Below, in pieces: positions 1 through 9,976 of a DNA stretch of 53,212 nucleotides. A program made the translations under genes and the position numbers. This stretch comes from Clostridia bacterium (GTDB lineage: Bacteria > Bacillota > Clostridia > Oscillospirales > CAG-272). A model generated the notes under the pieces. The model was not told the origin of the DNA. It did no database searches and worked only from the letters and a program-made list of their open reading frames with translations. The stretch's first letter is position 1; each line of letters opens with the position of its first letter. Location of the stretch: positions 1 to 53,212 of the forward strand of contig JAGAFM010000086.1 of NCBI GenBank assembly GCA_017612655.1, in the 5' to 3' direction.

Positions 1-486
1 AACCGTTCCGAGCGTCGTATAGAGCTGGAAGGTTTTGGCGCCGACGTTGTACACCATCATGTAACGGTCGCCGCAGAGAAGGTGGGGAGAAGCATTTGCG
101 ACGGAGACATCGATCGTGGTTTCCCCGGTCAGATCGTAGATCTGAACCGCTTCGTTGGAAACAACGACCAATCCTCCCTTGAAGATTCCGAACTGAACGG
201 GGGAATCAATCCCGGAATAGGTAATGGTATCCGTTGTCGCGGATTTTTCCGCATTTCTCGTATCGATATAGCGGAAAAAGTACTGAAGGTTCTCCGCAGT
301 CATTTCCTCCCGGTACAGGACGAAAGCGAAGACGAGGAAAGCGACGAACATGCCGATTGCGAAAAACTTCCCGATCCGCAGATAACGGGCAATCCGGAAA
401 TAGTACAGCCGTCCCAGAGACCGCTTTTTCTTGGTCTCGGCGCGTGTTTCCGCCTGCTGCTGGATGATCTGCTGGGTTCTGGTCAC
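1..486 (-). CDS. hypothetical membrane-anchored protein, N-terminal part (gene continues past window start)
   Basis: Absent from the ORF track because it runs off the window. The rc of 481-500 reads AAGGAGGAAAAAGTC then GTG (first base 486). I translated the frame by hand and it stays open to base 1: VTRTQQIIQQQAETRAETKKKRSLGRLYYFRIARYLRIGKFFAIGMFVAFLVFAFVLY..., a basic N-terminus plus one TM helix. The listed + ORF 82..555 is its antisense. Confidence 0.6.
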   Translation of the reverse strand, partial: MTRTQQIIQQQAETRAETKKKRSLGRLYYFRIARYLRIGKFFAIGMFVAFLVFAFVLYREEMTAENLQYFFRYIDTRNAEKSATTDTITYSGIDSPVQFGIFKGGLVVVSNEAVQIYDLTGETTIDVSVANASPHLLCGDRYMMVYNVGAKTFQLYTTLGTV

Positions 487-521
487 GACTTTTTCCTCCT
501 TTCCGGAACGGATGACGGGAA

Positions 522-1298
522 TCAGACGGAAAGACCGGTGTCTTTCCTGTATTGAACGCGGCTCAGGTAAAGGCCGCAGGCCGGAGCTGTCTCTCCCGCT
601 TCGGATCTGTCGGCGGAGCGCAGAATATCCGGAATTTGCTCAGGAGAGATCCGGCTCAGTCCGCACGCTACGATGGTTCCTGCCAGAATGCGAACCATAT
701 TGTACAGGAAACCGTCCGCGCTCACCGCGAACCGGATCAGATCTCCGTCCGTTGTCACTTCGCTTCTGAAAACCGTCCGGACCGTGTTCCGGACGGAGGA
801 GCCCGACGCCATAAACGCGGAAAAATCATGGGGCCCGCGAAAGAAGGACGCAGCGGACTTCATCCGGTCTCTGTCCAGTGCCGGGATGACGTGCCAAGCC
901 CTTCCCTCCCAGAACGGGTCTCTGATCCTCGTGTTTAAAATCAGATACTCGTATTCCTTCTGCTCCACATCGTAGCGGACATGAAAGGAATCGGGAACGG
1001 AGCAGGCGGACAGCACCGAGATGTCGGGAGGAAGAAAGCGGTTCAGTGCCTCCGGCAGCTGGGGGAACGGGATTTCCGGCATTCCGGGTTCTGTCCGGTA
1101 TGTCAGCTTGAAATCTTTTGCATGAACGCCGGAATCGGTTCTGCTGCAACCTTTTACCGGAATTTCCAGACGGTAGAGAGAAGCCAGGGCTTCCTGAAGA
1201 ACCTGCTGGACGGTTTTCTTTCCGAAAGATCCGTTCTGGACCTGAAACCCGGAATAGTTTGTTCCGAGGTACGCAACTGTCAGAAGTATCTGAGACAT
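522..1298 (-). CDS. truA: tRNA pseudouridine(38-40) synthase TruA
   Basis: 258-aa ORF with N-terminal YLGTNYSGFQVQ and the catalytic-Asp motif RTDSGVHA. It lies directly downstream of ecfT, the usual Firmicute context. Confidence 0.93.
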   Translation of the reverse strand: MSQILLTVAYLGTNYSGFQVQNGSFGKKTVQQVLQEALASLYRLEIPVKGCSRTDSGVHAKDFKLTYRTEPGMPEIPFPQLPEALNRFLPPDISVLSACSVPDSFHVRYDVEQKEYEYLILNTRIRDPFWEGRAWHVIPALDRDRMKSAASFFRGPHDFSAFMASGSSVRNTVRTVFRSEVTTDGDLIRFAVSADGFLYNMVRILAGTIVACGLSRISPEQIPDILRSADRSEAGETAPACGLYLSRVQYRKDTGLSV

Positions 1299-1304
1299 CG
1301 CCGG

Positions 1305-2117
1305 TCACCAGAAAGAGACGGAATTGCAGAGCAGAACGAGGGCGAACAGCGCGAGCATGAAGAAGAGGAACAGGTAGTCGCGTCCGCTCAGATGAAGCTG
1401 CGTCATTCGGGTTCTTCCCTCCCCTCCGTGGTAGCACCGGCACTCCATGGCGACGGCAAGTTCATCCGCCCGGTGAAAAGCCGAAACGAACAGAGGAACC
1501 ATCACGGGGACAAGGGCATGCATTCTTTGAAACAGCGACCCCGATGTGAAATCCGCCCCGCGCGCTTTCTGCGCGTTGATGATTTTATCCGTTTCCTGAA
1601 TCAGGGTCGGGATGAACCGGAGGGCGATCGTCATCATCATCGAGAATTCATGGACCGGGAGATGGAGAACCCGGAGCGGGGACAGCACGCGTTCCAAACC
1701 GTCCGTCAGGGCAATCGGCGAAGTCGTGTAGGTCAGGAGCACCGAGGAGCCGATAATCAGCGTAACCACCCTGACGATCATAAACAGTGCATACCAGAGG
1801 CCTTCCGCGTAAATCTTTACGAAGCCCCACTGCCAGAGGAGGTTCTCCCCGGAAGTCCAGAAAATATTCAGGATCGCAGTGAAAAGCATGATCAGAAAAA
1901 GCGGCCGCAATCCCTTCAGGATCTGCCGGAGAGGGATCCGCGACAGGATCGTCAGAAAAGCGGCGCTCCCCAGAACCAGACAGAACGAAAGCAGGGAGGA
2001 AGCGCAGAAGATCGTAACGATGAAGAGGATAATCAGAAAGATCTTCATCCGGGGATCCAGTTTGTGAAGCGGAGAGTTGCCCGGAAAAAACTGCCCGAGG
2101 GTGATGTCACTCAGCAT
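1305..2117 (-). CDS. ecfT: energy-coupling factor transporter transmembrane (T) component EcfT
   Basis: ORF 1305..2162 trimmed to ATG 2117, which is preceded by GGAGGTGA at 8 nt. Polytopic membrane protein with the CbiQ/EcfT coupling motif (QKARGADF). Overlaps the ecfA2 stop by 11 nt. Confidence 0.9.
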   Translation of the reverse strand: MLSDITLGQFFPGNSPLHKLDPRMKIFLIILFIVTIFCASSLLSFCLVLGSAAFLTILSRIPLRQILKGLRPLFLIMLFTAILNIFWTSGENLLWQWGFVKIYAEGLWYALFMIVRVVTLIIGSSVLLTYTTSPIALTDGLERVLSPLRVLHLPVHEFSMMMTIALRFIPTLIQETDKIINAQKARGADFTSGSLFQRMHALVPVMVPLFVSAFHRADELAVAMECRCYHGGEGRTRMTQLHLSGRDYLFLFFMLALFALVLLCNSVSFW

Positions 2118-2994
2118 GGCTTCGCTCACCTCCAAACAGTCGCAGAACCGCCTCGAAGGCATCGCCTACGGTATAGATTCCTTCTCCGGCGTCCAGTCCC
2201 TCCCGCTTCAGTTCCATCATGAATTTGGTAATCTGGGGGCGGGAAAGGCCGACCTGTTTCAGTTCTTCCGCATGGCAGAATATTTCGTGACTGGTCCCGT
2301 ATCGGAAAAGATGTCCCTGATTGATCACCATCAGTTTGTCCGCGTAGACGGCAAGATCCTCCATGGAGTGACTGATGATGATAACGGTTGCGCCGTTTTC
2401 TCTCTGATACTCCCTGATCCCGCCGAGAATCTCCCGTCTCCCCTGGGGATCCAGACCTGCGGCCGGCTCGTCGAGAACCAGGATCTCGGGACGCATCGCC
2501 ATGATGCCCGCGATGGCCACTCTTCGCTTCTGGCCTCCTGAAAGCTGAAAGGGCGATTTCTCAAGGCATTCGGCCTCCAGCCCGGTAAAACGGGCGGCAT
2601 CCAGCACTCTCGCCTCGATTTCAGATTCCTCAAGTCCCATGTTTCTGGGCCCGTAGGCGATGTCTTTCGCTACGGTTTCTTCAAACAGCTGATACTCCGG
2701 GTACTGAAAGACCATTCCGACCCGGAAACGAATCTCCCGGATTTTCTTCGGGTCTTCCCAGATATCCTTTCCGTCGATCCGAACCGTCCCGGAGGTCGGT
2801 TTGAGCAATCCGTTCAGGAGCTGGGCAATCGTGGATTTTCCGGAACCGGTGTGCCCCATCAGTCCGGTGATAATCCCGCCCTCGAAGGAAAGGGAAACGT
2901 CATCCAGAGCCGTCTTTTCAAACGGAGTGCCGACGGAATATTTATATGTTACATGTTCCAGGGAAATCTTCCCGCCTGTCACGGTCTCACCCAA
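2107..2994 (-). CDS. ecfA2: ECF transporter ATPase EcfA2
   Basis: Walker A GHTGSGKST, signature LSGGQKRRVAIAG, Walker B ILVLDEPAAGLD. Start placed at TTG 2994 (GGAGGGAG SD 5 nt upstream); GTG 3000 is an alternative. Confidence 0.9.
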   Translation of the reverse strand: MGETVTGGKISLEHVTYKYSVGTPFEKTALDDVSLSFEGGIITGLMGHTGSGKSTIAQLLNGLLKPTSGTVRIDGKDIWEDPKKIREIRFRVGMVFQYPEYQLFEETVAKDIAYGPRNMGLEESEIEARVLDAARFTGLEAECLEKSPFQLSGGQKRRVAIAGIMAMRPEILVLDEPAAGLDPQGRREILGGIREYQRENGATVIIISHSMEDLAVYADKLMVINQGHLFRYGTSHEIFCHAEELKQVGLSRPQITKFMMELKREGLDAGEGIYTVGDAFEAVLRLFGGERSHAE

Positions 2995-3898
2995 GGGCAC
3001 TCCCTCCGTTTTCTTTCGCGTACAGCAGTTTCAGTGCATCCACCGCTTCGCGGGAATGCAGAATATCATACGGAACCTCAAGGTGCGCGTCTTTGTGCAG
3101 GCGGTACATTAGTTCCGTGACCTGTGGGACATCGAGTCCCACCTCCTTGATCTTTTCCACCTGAGAAAACACTTCCCTGGGAGTTCCGTCAAGGATGAAG
3201 GAACCGTGATCCATGACGAGAACCCGGTCCGCCTGAACGGCCTCGTCCATATAGTGGGTGATGAGAAGGACGGTGATCCCCTTCTCGCGGTTCAGTTTCA
3301 GGATGGTATCCATCACCTCGGCTCTGCCCGCAGGATCGAGCATGGAGGTCGGCTCGTCGAAAACAATACAATCCGGAAGAAGCGCCAAAATCCCGGCGAT
3401 GGCGATTCGCTGTTTCTGACCTCCCGAGAGCTGGCTCGGTGAGTGCTTTGCAAACTCCGTCATATTGACGGCTCGAAGAGCGGAATCAACCCTCTGTCGT
3501 ATTTCCTCCGGGGGGATTCCGATGTTCTCCGGCCCGAAAGCCACGTCCTCTTCCACGATGGTTGCTACCATCTGATTATCGGGATTCTGAAAGACCATCC
3601 CGATTTTTCTCCGCAGAGCGAAGATCTCTTCCTCCGTAATGTCTTCCCGGAGCGTTTCCGTTCCGTCGATGCGGAGCGATCCGGACTGAGGGGTTAAGAT
3701 CATATTGAGCAATTTGGCAAATGTGGATTTTCCGGAACCGTTGTGGCCCAGAATCGCAACGAAAGATCCTCTCTGAACAGAGAGGGAGACATTTCGAATG
3801 ACGGGGGTCAAGGTTCCGTTTTCCGCCTTGTAGGAGTAACAGAGATCCCGGACTTCCAGAATCTGATCCCGCACGGCATCCGGATTCCTGCATTCCAT
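2987..3898 (-). CDS. ecfA1: ECF transporter ATPase EcfA1
   Basis: Walker A GHNGSGKST, signature LSGGQKQRIAIAG, Walker B CIVFDEPTSMLD. ORF 2987..4024 trimmed to ATG 3898 (AAGGAG SD). The 42 upstream codons overlap the preceding gene and look non-coding. Confidence 0.9.
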   Translation of the reverse strand: MECRNPDAVRDQILEVRDLCYSYKAENGTLTPVIRNVSLSVQRGSFVAILGHNGSGKSTFAKLLNMILTPQSGSLRIDGTETLREDITEEEIFALRRKIGMVFQNPDNQMVATIVEEDVAFGPENIGIPPEEIRQRVDSALRAVNMTEFAKHSPSQLSGGQKQRIAIAGILALLPDCIVFDEPTSMLDPAGRAEVMDTILKLNREKGITVLLITHYMDEAVQADRVLVMDHGSFILDGTPREVFSQVEKIKEVGLDVPQVTELMYRLHKDAHLEVPYDILHSREAVDALKLLYAKENGGSALG

Positions 3899-3903
3899 AG
3901 CAA

Positions 3904-4797
3904 CTATCTCCTTTCCGTTCTGAGATCCGTTTCCCACCTGGCGGAGGATCCGCAGGGGAGAACGTTTCCGGTCTGAACAACAGGGAGACCGATTTCGTCC
4001 GCGGAAACAGAACCCCCGAGACAATCCAATGACAGGTGCAGCAGATATGCCATCGTGGACGGTGAAAGGCCGGCAGTATAGGAATTCAGGAGGACAAACA
4101 GCGGCTCATCCGAGAGGACCCGCGTCACCAGATCGAGAAAATCACCGATCGAGTCCTCCAGTTTCCAAACCTCTCCGCGTGCTCCCCTGCCGTAGGACGG
4201 GGGATCCAGAATCACGGCGTCATACCGGTTTCCGCGACGGATTTCCCGCTCCACGAACTTGCGGCAGTCCTCGACGATATACCGAATCGGAGCGTCATCC
4301 AGGCCGCAAAGATGCGCGTTCATCTTCGCAGTGGCTACCATGCCTTTGGCCGCATCCACGTGAACCACCGACGCGCCCGCCCTGGCGGCTGCGACGGTAG
4401 CACCTCCCGTGTAGGCAAACAGGTTGAGAACACGAGGCTCTTTTCCTGCTTTCCTCGCGTTTCGGATCTTTTCGGAAAACCATTCCCAGTTGACGGCCTG
4501 CTCCGGGAAAAGGCCCGTGTGTTTGAACCCCATCGGGTGGATATAAAAACGAAGATCGAGCGACTCGTAAGAAACAGTCCAGGATTCCGGAAGAGAACGT
4601 ATCTCCCAGTTTCCCCCTCCGGACGGACTTCTGTTATAACGGGCATTTGCGTGATTCCAGTCCGGATGGGTTCTCCGGTTCTTCCAGATTACCTGAGGAT
4701 CCGGCCTCTCCAGAATATAGTCCGCCCAGCGTTCCAGACGCATTCCGTCTGAAGTGTCAAGCAGGCTGTAGTCCGTCCATCTGTCCGCTGTCAGCAA
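3904..4797 (-). CDS. class I SAM-dependent methyltransferase (RlmI-like catalytic domain, no PUA domain)
   Basis: SAM motif I NLFAYTGGATVAAARAGA and motif IV VILDPPSYG. 297 aa. Confidence 0.8.
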   Translation of the reverse strand: MLTADRWTDYSLLDTSDGMRLERWADYILERPDPQVIWKNRRTHPDWNHANARYNRSPSGGGNWEIRSLPESWTVSYESLDLRFYIHPMGFKHTGLFPEQAVNWEWFSEKIRNARKAGKEPRVLNLFAYTGGATVAAARAGASVVHVDAAKGMVATAKMNAHLCGLDDAPIRYIVEDCRKFVEREIRRGNRYDAVILDPPSYGRGARGEVWKLEDSIGDFLDLVTRVLSDEPLFVLLNSYTAGLSPSTMAYLLHLSLDCLGGSVSADEIGLPVVQTGNVLPCGSSARWETDLRTERR

Positions 4798-4832
4798 TTT
4801 TCTTTCTCCTCCAGGAATCTCGGATGGAAGGA

Positions 4833-5969
4833 TCAGTTCTGATCCTCCGGCAATCCGTCAAACAAACGCATCTGCCGGTCCGTTCCTCCGTATTTCACCT
4901 CTGTGCGGTAGGGAAGGTTCAGATGCTCGTAGGCAAGCCTTGTGGCAACCCTGCCGCGGGGAGTTCTGTTCAAGAAACCGATCTGCATCAGATAGGGTTC
5001 GTAGACATCCTCCAGGGTGATTGATTCTTCCCCGACGGTCGCGGCAAGCGTCTCGAGTCCGACAGGGCCGCCGTCATAGGCACGGATAATGGTCTCCAGC
5101 ATCCTCCGGTCAACATTGTCCAGACCAAGTTCATCCACTTCGAGGGCCCCAAGCGCGTATCTTGCGATTTCCCGCGTCACAACGCCGTCTCCCTTGATCT
5201 GGGCAAAATCCCTGACGCGTTTGAGGAAGCGGTTTGCAATTCGCGGGGTTCCTCTTGAGCGGGAGGCAATTTCTCTTGCTCCGTCCTCATCGATCTCCAC
5301 GCCCAGAATCCGGGCGGAACGAAGGACGATCGTGGTCAATTCCTCCGTCGTATACAGTTCCAGCTTAAAGAGAACCCCAAACCGATCCCTCAGCGGAGTG
5401 GTCAGCTGACCTGCCCTGGTTGTTGCGCCGATCAGAGTAAACTTGGCAAGAGGCAGCCTGATGGAACGGGCTGCGGGACCCTTCCCGATAATGATATCCA
5501 GAGAATAGTCTTCCATGGCGGGATACAGAATCTCCTCAACCGGCCGGGGGAGACGGTGAATTTCGTCGATGAAAAGGACATCGTTTTCCGAAAGATTGGT
5601 AAGGAGAGCGGCAAGATCTCCCTGTTTTTCAATCGCCGGTCCCGAGGTCACGCGGATATTCACGCCCAGTTCGTTTGCGATAATCCCGGAAAGAGTGGTC
5701 TTTCCGAGCCCGGGCGGTCCGTAAAGCAGGACATGATCCAGCGGTTCGCCCCGTTTCCGGGCTGCGTCAATATAGATACTCAGGTTCTCTTTAATCTTCT
5801 CCTGCCCGATATAATCCGCGAGGTGTCTGGGACGAAGTCCGATCTCGAGTTCGGAGTCCTCTTCCTTCTTTTCTTCGTCGACAAGACGGTCTTCCCAGGC
5901 CGCGTAATCTCCGCCCTCGGCGGGAATCCCATCGAGACTGTCAACGGACGGATCAAAAAGATTCTTCAA
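4833..5969 (-). CDS. ruvB: Holliday junction branch migration DNA helicase RuvB
   Basis: Walker [10 protein letters not shown], Walker B FIDEIHRL and a RuvB C-terminal winged-helix region. Acidic ~45-aa N-terminal extension. Confidence 0.95.
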   Translation of the reverse strand: MKNLFDPSVDSLDGIPAEGGDYAAWEDRLVDEEKKEEDSELEIGLRPRHLADYIGQEKIKENLSIYIDAARKRGEPLDHVLLYGPPGLGKTTLSGIIANELGVNIRVTSGPAIEKQGDLAALLTNLSENDVLFIDEIHRLPRPVEEILYPAMEDYSLDIIIGKGPAARSIRLPLAKFTLIGATTRAGQLTTPLRDRFGVLFKLELYTTEELTTIVLRSARILGVEIDEDGAREIASRSRGTPRIANRFLKRVRDFAQIKGDGVVTREIARYALGALEVDELGLDNVDRRMLETIIRAYDGGPVGLETLAATVGEESITLEDVYEPYLMQIGFLNRTPRGRVATRLAYEHLNLPYRTEVKYGGTDRQMRLFDGLPEDQN

Positions 5970-6006
5970 CAGTCAGACACGCTCCTTTCCCCTATCCACG
6001 GTTCTC

Positions 6007-6603
6007 TCAGGACAGTTTTTTCAAAGCAAGCGGGATCATCTGCTCCACCGTCAGGCCTGGGTCCACCCCGCGAAGCGCTGCCGCAGACTGGGCGCGGGAA
6101 TAGCCCAGAACCATCAGGGCGTTCAAAGCTTCCGACAAGGCGGAAGATGCACCGGTATCGGGTGCGCCGCCGCTGTCCTGCGCGTCGGATCCAATCTGTC
6201 CGGCCAGTTTATCCTTCAGTTCCAGAATGATACGGGCTGCGGTCTTCTGCCCGACTCCGGGGGCCCGCGCGATCGCCTTTGCGTCGCCTGTGGCCACCGC
6301 AACGGACAGCTGCTCCGCCGTCATCTGGGAAAGGATCGCCATGGCGGCCTTCGGACCCACCCCGGAGACCGCAATCAGGAGACGGAATGCCGAGAGTTCC
6401 TCCTGGTTGAAAAACCCGAACAGCTCCAGCCCGTCCTGGTAAACGTGAAGGTAGGTGAAGAGCCTGACATTCTCGTTCATTTTGGAGGAAAGCCTGGCGA
6501 GGGTGGTAGCGGAAGCGGTCATCCGGTAAGCGACACCGTGGTTGTCGATGACCGCCGCTCCCGTCTCGGTCGCGACGAGGACGCCTGAGATGTAGTAGTA
6601 CAT
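6007..6603 (-). CDS. ruvA: Holliday junction DNA-binding protein RuvA
   Basis: MYYYISG start, two HhH motifs (GVGPKAAMAIL, APGVGQKTAARIILELK) and a C-terminal domain III. Confidence 0.93.
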   Translation of the reverse strand: MYYYISGVLVATETGAAVIDNHGVAYRMTASATTLARLSSKMNENVRLFTYLHVYQDGLELFGFFNQEELSAFRLLIAVSGVGPKAAMAILSQMTAEQLSVAVATGDAKAIARAPGVGQKTAARIILELKDKLAGQIGSDAQDSGGAPDTGASSALSEALNALMVLGYSRAQSAAALRGVDPGLTVEQMIPLALKKLS

Positions 6604-6651
6604 TCAAAATCCTTTCCGAAAAAAGACGGAATCGGTCGAAAAACCGGCCCG

Positions 6652-7167
6652 TTAGCTGAGAACCGTCTTTTTCTGGTTATAAAAACTGCGAAGCTTGGAA
6701 CTGCCGGAATGCGCGTGACAGACTGCAATCGCAAGAGCATCCGCCACATCGTCGGGTTTCGGCATCTGCTTCAGCCTCAAAAGAGTTGTCACCAGCGTCA
6801 TAACCTGCTGCTTCTCCGCCTTACCGTATCCCACAATTGCCTGCTTGACCTGCATCGGCGTATATTCCGCGAGATACAGCTCATGCTGGGAAGCGCAGAG
6901 AAGAATCACCCCGCGCGCTTCCGCGACCGCAATTCCGTTGGTAACGTTTTTTGTAAAAAAGAGTTCCTCAACGGCAACCTCATCGGGGCGGTAACAGTCA
7001 ATGATTTCGTTCAGTTCCTCATAAATCTTTTTCAGCCGGAGTTCGACTTCCATCCCGGATTCGGTTGTTATCGCGCCGTAGGCAATCGTCCGAAATCTGG
7101 AATCGGAATAATCAACGACGCCCCAGCCGACAATGGCGATTCCGGGATCAATACCGAGAATAATCAT
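6652..7167 (-). CDS. ruvC: crossover junction endodeoxyribonuclease RuvC
   Basis: ORF 6652..7221 trimmed to ATG 7167 (MIILGIDPG, first catalytic Asp). VAVEELFF and ADALAIAVCH motifs present. Confidence 0.92.
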   Translation of the reverse strand: MIILGIDPGIAIVGWGVVDYSDSRFRTIAYGAITTESGMEVELRLKKIYEELNEIIDCYRPDEVAVEELFFTKNVTNGIAVAEARGVILLCASQHELYLAEYTPMQVKQAIVGYGKAEKQQVMTLVTTLLRLKQMPKPDDVADALAIAVCHAHSGSSKLRSFYNQKKTVLS

Positions 7168-7207
7168 GAAAGAGGTCCTTTCTCCATTTCTTTTCCTGTC
7201 CCCAAGC

Positions 7208-8245
7208 CTAGTCAAGGACACGATAGACGCCTAGCGTTGTGAACTGAGGAGTCTGAAGAGTCAGAAAAACCAGCATGGAAAGCAGATCTCCGCCTCCGAC
7301 CCGGAAAATCAGATCATAGGAAAGGGTTCCCTCCCGGTAGGGTATGGTGCTCGCATCAGCACGGACGAGAGAGAGGCCATAGAGCGAAGACGCGAGGAGG
7401 ACATCGGAGAGGGTTGTCGTTTTTTCGAGAATGACACGGCATTCAAAGAATAAATCCTGACGCGCATTCTCCGAAGGGATTTCAATCGTTCTGCGCAGCA
7501 GTCCGTATTTGGTAATCCTTTCCCCTTCGCGGGATGGGATTTCTGTCGCCATGACGATCCGAAGATCATAGCGGTCGATGAGATGGTAGAAGCGGAGCAG
7601 TTTCCCGTCTTCCGAGTTTTCAAGAGGAAGAATGCTGGCGGTAATCACTCCGTAGGACAGCGCCTCGCACATTCCGGCAAAATCGGAGTAATAGGTTGCC
7701 GTACAGCGGGAGAGTTGTGCCGAAAACCGTTCGTAGGCGAGGTCCGTATAGAGATTGCTCAGAAAGGCGATCCTCTCCCCTCCAGGCCTGGCATCAGCCG
7801 TTTCGGACACCGGGGAGTCTTCCCCGGCTTCTCCCAGGAGCATCGCAATCAGGGCCCAGGGGTCGAAGGGGGAATCTTCTGTCTGCGGAAACCATTCCGT
7901 TTCCCTCGCGAGAATGCGGCAGATCTCAATCCGGTCCATCATGTTGATCATGCGATTCGTCAGGACAGGGCTGGATACGGATTTTCCGGGAACACCGCCT
8001 GCCGTTCGGGTCACGGGCAGACCGCCCTCGCAGAGGAGAGAAAACCTGCCGTAGGCAGCTTCTTCCCGAACCGCTCTCAGCAGTCCGAGTTCTCCTTCCT
8101 GCGAGAAGGAATCGGAGAACAGCTTCGCTTTTTCCTGAAGAAAGGCATCCCGCATCGCAGAATTACGGAACAGCCTCTGGCGGAGGCGGCTCAAGTTATC
8201 GTCAATAATCCGAACCTGTTCCTCAAATGCGTTCTGGTCAATCAA
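7208..8245 (-). CDS. hypothetical protein; C-terminal half distantly resembles a shortened prephenate dehydratase (PDT) plus ACT-like region
   Basis: 345-aa ORF with coding-like composition. RIAFLSN...ASILPLENSEDG resembles the PDT blocks (V.YLG / VP.ENS.EG). ITKYGLL lies where PDTs have TRFVIL. The C-terminus LGVYRVL resembles the PDT C-terminal LG.Y. The middle of a normal PDT domain is missing. Confidence 0.55.
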   Translation of the reverse strand: MIDQNAFEEQVRIIDDNLSRLRQRLFRNSAMRDAFLQEKAKLFSDSFSQEGELGLLRAVREEAAYGRFSLLCEGGLPVTRTAGGVPGKSVSSPVLTNRMINMMDRIEICRILARETEWFPQTEDSPFDPWALIAMLLGEAGEDSPVSETADARPGGERIAFLSNLYTDLAYERFSAQLSRCTATYYSDFAGMCEALSYGVITASILPLENSEDGKLLRFYHLIDRYDLRIVMATEIPSREGERITKYGLLRRTIEIPSENARQDLFFECRVILEKTTTLSDVLLASSLYGLSLVRADASTIPYREGTLSYDLIFRVGGGDLLSMLVFLTLQTPQFTTLGVYRVLD

Positions 8246-8447
8246 ATGGCGTTCCTCCGTTCCGAATCAAGTCACGGCAAGGGGCACTGCAACCCGAACA
8301 TATTACCTTATAGTATATCATAAACCTCCCAGTTTTTCAATGGCAAACGGAAGATTTAACGGCGGATGCAAATTATTTTACAAAATCAGGCAGATGCGGA
8401 TCAGAGTGCTTCGGATCACTCCCGGACCGGACATTTTCCGCAGGCAA

Positions 8448-8476
8448 TTGACAAAAGACGGGAAGGAGACTATAAT
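8448..8476 (+). promoter_or_regulatory. sigma-70-type promoter (TTGACA-17-TATAAT)
   Basis: TTGACA at 8448-8453, a 17-nt spacer and TATAAT at 8471-8476, about 64 nt upstream of the GTG start at 8540. Confidence 0.55.
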
Positions 8477-8539
8477 GGGGAGGCTGGGAGAACACTCCCG
8501 GAACACTACAAATTCAACGGTCCGGGAAGGAGTGACACG

Positions 8540-9613
8540 GTGGAAACAGCCAGTTTTGACGTCGCGGTCATCGGCAGCGGTCCGTCCGGCGCGACTTTTG
8601 TGAGAGAACTTGCACGCTCCGCTCCCTCACGGAAAATACTTTTGATCGGCCGCTTCTCAAAAGAAAAAATGTGCGGGGGCCTGCTGGCGCCGGATGCACA
8701 GAAGGCGCTCGCGCGTTTCAATCTGACTCTTCCGAAAAACGTACTGTCCGATCCGCAGATCTTTGCCGTCGAAACCGTGGACCTTTCCCTGAAAACCACC
8801 CGCCTGTATCAGCGTCATTATCTGAACATGAAACGAAAAGCGTTCGATGACTGGCTGGTTTCCATGATCCCGGAATCCGTCACTCTGATTGATGCGGACT
8901 GTACCGCGATTGTCCGGGAAGAAGGAGGGTTCCGCATCCAGACGAATGCAGGAACGTTTTTCTCCGCTTATCTGATCGGTGCAGACGGGGCAAATTCCAT
9001 CGTTCGCAGTACGTTTTTTCCGAAATTGTCAAAGCAGTACGTCTCGATTCAGCAGTGGTTTGATCCGATCGGGCGGTCTTTCCCCGCCTACGCCTGCATT
9101 TTCGATCCGTCTACCAGCGACAGCTGCTCCTGGATCATTCAGAAAGAAGATGGTCTCATATTCGGAGGCGCCTTTCCGAAAAGGGACTGCAGAAAACGGT
9201 ACGAAACGCAGAAACGGAATCTTGAGACGAAACTTCACTGTTCTCTGGGGACTCCCAGGCGAACCGAAGCCTGTCTGCTTTCCAGCCCGCGGAAACCGAC
9301 CGATTTCCGTCTTGCCAAAGGCTCCGTCTTCCTGATCGGAGAAGCGGCGGGACTGATCAGTTCCAGCTCTTTTGAAGGAATCAGCAGTGCCATGCTGAGC
9401 GGAAAGCATCTGGCTGACGCCTTTTCCTGTGGAAAGAATGACCGAATCATTCGGCGAAAATACCGTATTTCGGTAGCGCCTCTGATTCTTAAACTGTATT
9501 TAAAAATCGGAAAGCGGTTTGTTCTCTGCTCCCCTCTCCTGCGGAAACTGATTCTGCTGACCGGTTTGAAAAGCATCAGGCGTTACCCGGGTCCGGGCTC
9601 TTCCGGCATCTGA
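8540..9613 (+). CDS. FAD-dependent oxidoreductase (geranylgeranyl-reductase / flavin monooxygenase-like family)
   Basis: ORF 8366..9613 trimmed to GTG 8540 (GGAAGGAG SD 7 nt upstream). Dinucleotide fold FDVAVIGSGPSGATF, plus LIGADGANSIVRS and FLIGEAAGLISSSSFEGIS blocks. Confidence 0.8.
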   Translation: METASFDVAVIGSGPSGATFVRELARSAPSRKILLIGRFSKEKMCGGLLAPDAQKALARFNLTLPKNVLSDPQIFAVETVDLSLKTTRLYQRHYLNMKRKAFDDWLVSMIPESVTLIDADCTAIVREEGGFRIQTNAGTFFSAYLIGADGANSIVRSTFFPKLSKQYVSIQQWFDPIGRSFPAYACIFDPSTSDSCSWIIQKEDGLIFGGAFPKRDCRKRYETQKRNLETKLHCSLGTPRRTEACLLSSPRKPTDFRLAKGSVFLIGEAAGLISSSSFEGISSAMLSGKHLADAFSCGKNDRIIRRKYRISVAPLILKLYLKIGKRFVLCSPLLRKLILLTGLKSIRRYPGPGSSGI

Positions 9614-9725
9614 ACGTTTCCGGAACGTTCTCCCTTCTCCGCCTCCACAGCCCTTTTTATCACTTTTGCGAGAAAAGAATCCGCTTTCTGCCGTTAGATT
9701 TGTCACGAAAAAAAAAGAAAAGCTC

Positions 9726-9754
9726 TTGATTCTCCCTTCCTTCTCTGATATAAT
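9726..9754 (+). promoter_or_regulatory. sigma-70-type promoter (TTGATT-17-TATAAT) for ptsH
   Basis: TTGATT at 9726-9731, a 17-nt spacer and TATAAT at 9749-9754, in an AT-rich patch. Implies a ~215-nt leader before ptsH. Confidence 0.5.
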
Positions 9755-9976
9755 ATCCGTAGGTGTAGTGTTTGATTTGGCCGGCTTCTTTTCATTCCCT
9801 GCAGATCCGTCCTTTTCCCGTCCTGTTGATGTACCCGGGGCGGACAGCAAAAAACAATGCACCGCAGTTCGAGAACCTCCCTGGTACGCTCTCTCGGTTT
9901 TCGTCTGCACATCCCTTGAGCAGAGCGTAACTATCTTGAAAGGACAGGATATAGCCCGACTATATCAGGAAGAACC

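Noticed and set aside
82-2222. + strand ORFs 82..555 (157 aa) and 981..2222 (413 aa).
   Set aside because: They are antisense to the membrane-protein gene that runs off the window, and to truA and ecfT. Their translations have no coding-like features.
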